Below are positions 24,685-27,083 of a DNA stretch of 27,083 nucleotides, piece after piece (the stretch's first letter is position 1; every line of letters starts with the position of its first letter). Under the pieces are notes generated by a model. It searched no databases. It worked only from the letters and a program-made list of their open reading frames with translations, and had not been told where the DNA came from. The DNA is from a virus (lineage: Duplodnaviria; Caudoviricetes): positions 1-27,083 of the IMG/VR virus record IMGVR_UViG_3300037461_001076, one strand, 5' to 3'. The position numbers and the translations under genes were made by a program.

Positions 24685-24763
24685 AAACAAGCCCGCACGC
24701 GACCGCACTCGAAAGGAGGTAGCCAAGACTCACGAGATCGCCTGACCCTACCAGGGGGGAGAG

Positions 24764-25099
24764 ATGCCCACAGAGAAAGTGGGAGGCTCCACCGGCTGCA
24801 ACCGAGGAGCCCCCCGACCGACCGAAGTCGACCACCACGAAGCAACCTGGCAAGGAAGCCCGAGGCGCGCCTATGGTACCGCAACGGACACGGAAAGTCC
24901 CGTTGCAGGCACACCTAGCCGCTCCCTCGCCTTCCGCCGCACACTCTTCGCGGGCCTTGCCGTGGCCGCCTTCCTCGGTCTCATGGACCTGGCCGCCTAC
25001 GCCGCCGACCACGCCCCTACGCCGCTCGTCCTGGCGCTGGGCTCGGCCGGCATCGGCGTCGTCTTCTGGCGGCTCTTCGAGGGGGAGGACACCCGATGA
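24764..25099 (+). CDS. Hypothetical membrane protein (two C-terminal TM segments)
   Basis: G-rich RBS. TLFAGLAVAAFLGLM and LVLALGSAGIGVVFW. ATGA overlap with the next gene. Confidence 0.6.
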   Translation: MPTEKVGGSTGCNRGAPRPTEVDHHEATWQGSPRRAYGTATDTESPVAGTPSRSLAFRRTLFAGLAVAAFLGLMDLAAYAADHAPTPLVLALGSAGIGVVFWRLFEGEDTR

Positions 25100-25494
25100 T
25101 CGCCATCGCCTTCATCGACGACTACCCCTGCGACAAGTGCTCGGAGCTCAAGCGCGTCGACGACTGCCCGCCCTACACCCGCTGCCGCCTCTCGCCGACC
25201 GGCGACCTGGAGTGCGAGCGCATGCAGGCCGTCGCCCGCGTCGCTGATCGCTGCGAGCAGGTCGCGGCGCTGATCAGCCGCGAGCCCGACCGGCGCCTGC
25301 GGGCCGCCGAGGCCGGCGAGGTCGCGGACGCCTACGCCAACACCTTCTTCGAGCTCGAGGCGGGCTTCGACGACACCGCCTTCCTCGCCGCCTGCCACGT
25401 CCCGCGCAGCTGCATCAACTGCGACGAGCGCCGCGCCGACGACGGCTACACGCGCAAGTGCGAGGCGTGCGAGGTCGTGGTGGTGGCGTCGTGA
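25096..25494 (+). CDS. Cys-rich hypothetical protein
   Basis: CDKC, CINC and CEAC motifs. GGAGG RBS. Coupled at both ends. Confidence 0.7.
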   Translation: MIAIAFIDDYPCDKCSELKRVDDCPPYTRCRLSPTGDLECERMQAVARVADRCEQVAALISREPDRRLRAAEAGEVADAYANTFFELEAGFDDTAFLAACHVPRSCINCDERRADDGYTRKCEACEVVVVAS

Positions 25495-26294
25495 GTGACT
25501 TCGCCACCTACGCCGCGATCGAGGCGGTCAACTGGTCGACCCTGCGCGAGGCGCAGCGCTCGCCGCTGCACTACAAGCACCGCACCGAGACGCCGCGCGA
25601 GGACACGCCCCGCATGGCCTTCGGGCGCGCCGTCCACACCGCCGTCCTCGAGCCCGATCGCTTCGCCCTCGAGTACGCGGTCTGGGACGGGCCGCGGCGC
25701 GCCGGCAAGGAGTACGACGCCTTCGTCGCCGCCAACGCCCGCCGCACCGTACTGCGCGTCGACGAGTACGAGCAGTGCCTCGCCGTGCGTGACGCGGTGC
25801 GCTCGCACCCCGTGGCGCGGCGCTACCTGCGGCACGGCAAGCCCGAGGCCGCCATCACCTGGACCGACGAGGCCACCGGGCTGCCCTGCAAGGCGCGCCT
25901 CGACTGGATCGGCGCCAAGGTCGCCTTCGACCTGAAGACCACGGGCGACATCGACGCCCGCGTCTTCGGCTCCCTGGCTGCGCGCATGCTCTACCACGGG
26001 CAGCTCGCCTTCTATCACTTCGGGCTCGAGGCCAACGGCTTGAAGGACCGCGCCATGAAGGTGGTCGCGGTCGAGGCCGAGGCCCCGCACGACGTCGGTG
26101 TCTACGACGTCCCCGACGGGGCGCTCTACGCCGGCGAGGAGCTCGTCCGCGAGCTGCTCGAGACGGTCCACCGTTGCCGCAAGACCCGCAAGTGGCCGGG
26201 CCGCTACACCGACGAGCAGACGCTCGTCCTGCCCTCGTGGGTGTTCCCCGAGGACGACCCCGCCTACGGGCTCATCATCGCTGGAGGAAAGTGA
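25491..26294 (+). CDS. RecE/exonuclease VIII-like PD-(D/E)XK nuclease
   Basis: SPLHY, FGRAVHTAVLEP, CKARLDWI, DLKTT, YHGQLAFY. GTG 25491 overlaps the upstream stop. Confidence 0.9.
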   Translation: MSDFATYAAIEAVNWSTLREAQRSPLHYKHRTETPREDTPRMAFGRAVHTAVLEPDRFALEYAVWDGPRRAGKEYDAFVAANARRTVLRVDEYEQCLAVRDAVRSHPVARRYLRHGKPEAAITWTDEATGLPCKARLDWIGAKVAFDLKTTGDIDARVFGSLAARMLYHGQLAFYHFGLEANGLKDRAMKVVAVEAEAPHDVGVYDVPDGALYAGEELVRELLETVHRCRKTRKWPGRYTDEQTLVLPSWVFPEDDPAYGLIIAGGK

Positions 26295-26295
26295 C

Positions 26296-27083
26296 ATGGG
26301 ACTGACATACGACCAGCTCTTCCCCGGCCGCTTCATCAAGGCCGGCGAGATGCACGACGAGCCGGTGACGCTGACGATCGCCGACATCGCCCTCGACACC
26401 ATGGAGCAGGAGGACGGCACCGAGAAGCAGCAGCCGGTCGTCGGCTTCGTCGAGATCAAGCGCCAGTTCGCGCTCAACAAGACCAACGCCCAGTGCCTGC
26501 GCGCCATGTGGGGGGACGACACCGGCGACTGGATCGGCCACAAGGTGACGCTGTTCCCCGAGCGCGACGCCTCGGGGCTCTCCGACTCCGGGCTCTGCAT
26601 CCGCGTCAAGGGCTCACCCGACATCTCGAAGCCGGTGCAGGCCACGATCAAGCTCCCCCGGCGCCGGCCGCAGACGCGCACCATGGTGCCGACCAAGGCG
26701 TCCGCGGGTGAGGAGGTCGCCGACTTCGACCCCGACGCCGAGACCGCGAACGGCCACATCACCCCCGACCAGGTCGAGGCCCTGCTCGCGACCGTCCGGG
26801 CAAAGGGGCGCGAGCCCGAGGCCATCCTCAAGAGCCTGCACTCGTCGAAGGTCTGCGAGGGCGGCTTCGAGACCATCCCCCAGGCGAAGTTCGCCCACGT
26901 GATGACCACGCTGGCCGGGCTGAGCGTCGCGGAGAAGGCCGCAGAAGCGCCCGATGAGGCCGAGGCGGCTCCCACTCCTGCCGAGGACGCAACGGCCGCG
27001 GATGAGGCCCCAGCGCCCGAGGACGGGGCCGATACGGAGCCGCTCTCCGCAGACGACGCGAAGTTCCTTGCCGAGACCGCCGC
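26296..27083 (+). CDS. Putative ssDNA-binding/annealing partner of the exonuclease (3'-truncated, not on the ORF track)
   Basis: GGAGG RBS and ATG 26296. MGLTYDQLFPGRFIKAGEM..VTLTI..ALNKTNA..WGDDTGDWIGHKVTL with an acidic tail. No stop within the window. Confidence 0.7.
   Translation, partial: MGLTYDQLFPGRFIKAGEMHDEPVTLTIADIALDTMEQEDGTEKQQPVVGFVEIKRQFALNKTNAQCLRAMWGDDTGDWIGHKVTLFPERDASGLSDSGLCIRVKGSPDISKPVQATIKLPRRRPQTRTMVPTKASAGEEVADFDPDAETANGHITPDQVEALLATVRAKGREPEAILKSLHSSKVCEGGFETIPQAKFAHVMTTLAGLSVAEKAAEAPDEAEAAPTPAEDATAADEAPAPEDGADTEPLSADDAKFLAETA

Overview
A very GC-rich tailed-phage (or prophage) segment of the HK97/siphovirus type, probably from an actinobacterial host (GC content, TANNNT-type -10 boxes, BldC-like HTH; host is inferred). 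Nearly everything is on the + strand. The order is: terminase small and large subunits, a small membrane ORF, portal, prohead protease, major capsid, a probable decoration protein, head-tail genes, tail tube, a tail-assembly chaperone with a CCCTTTA -1 frameshift, a short tape measure, and a large distal-tail-like protein fused to a glycerophosphodiester phosphodiesterase (GDPD). Then come a single antisense SAM-methyltransferase, a baseplate-hub-like gene, an amidase endolysin, a repeat-rich fibre module, an HTH-metallophosphoesterase, a DUF1599/Nmad1-like gene, an HNH-AP2 endonuclease, several HTH proteins, a holin-like gene, and the start of an early recombination module (RecE-like exonuclease plus a truncated partner). 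The most unusual part is 11433-15121. There the tail GDPD is paired with a convergent surface-glycan-type methyltransferase that has its own extended -10, and a + strand ORF spans the methyltransferase and overlaps both neighbouring tail genes by 4 nt. Also notable are a His-repeat insert bounded by 18-nt direct repeats, a shared TGCAC-N24-TAGnnT promoter-like motif, and two covarying CUG(G/C)AA hairpins. All functional calls come from motif recognition by eye; no searches were run.
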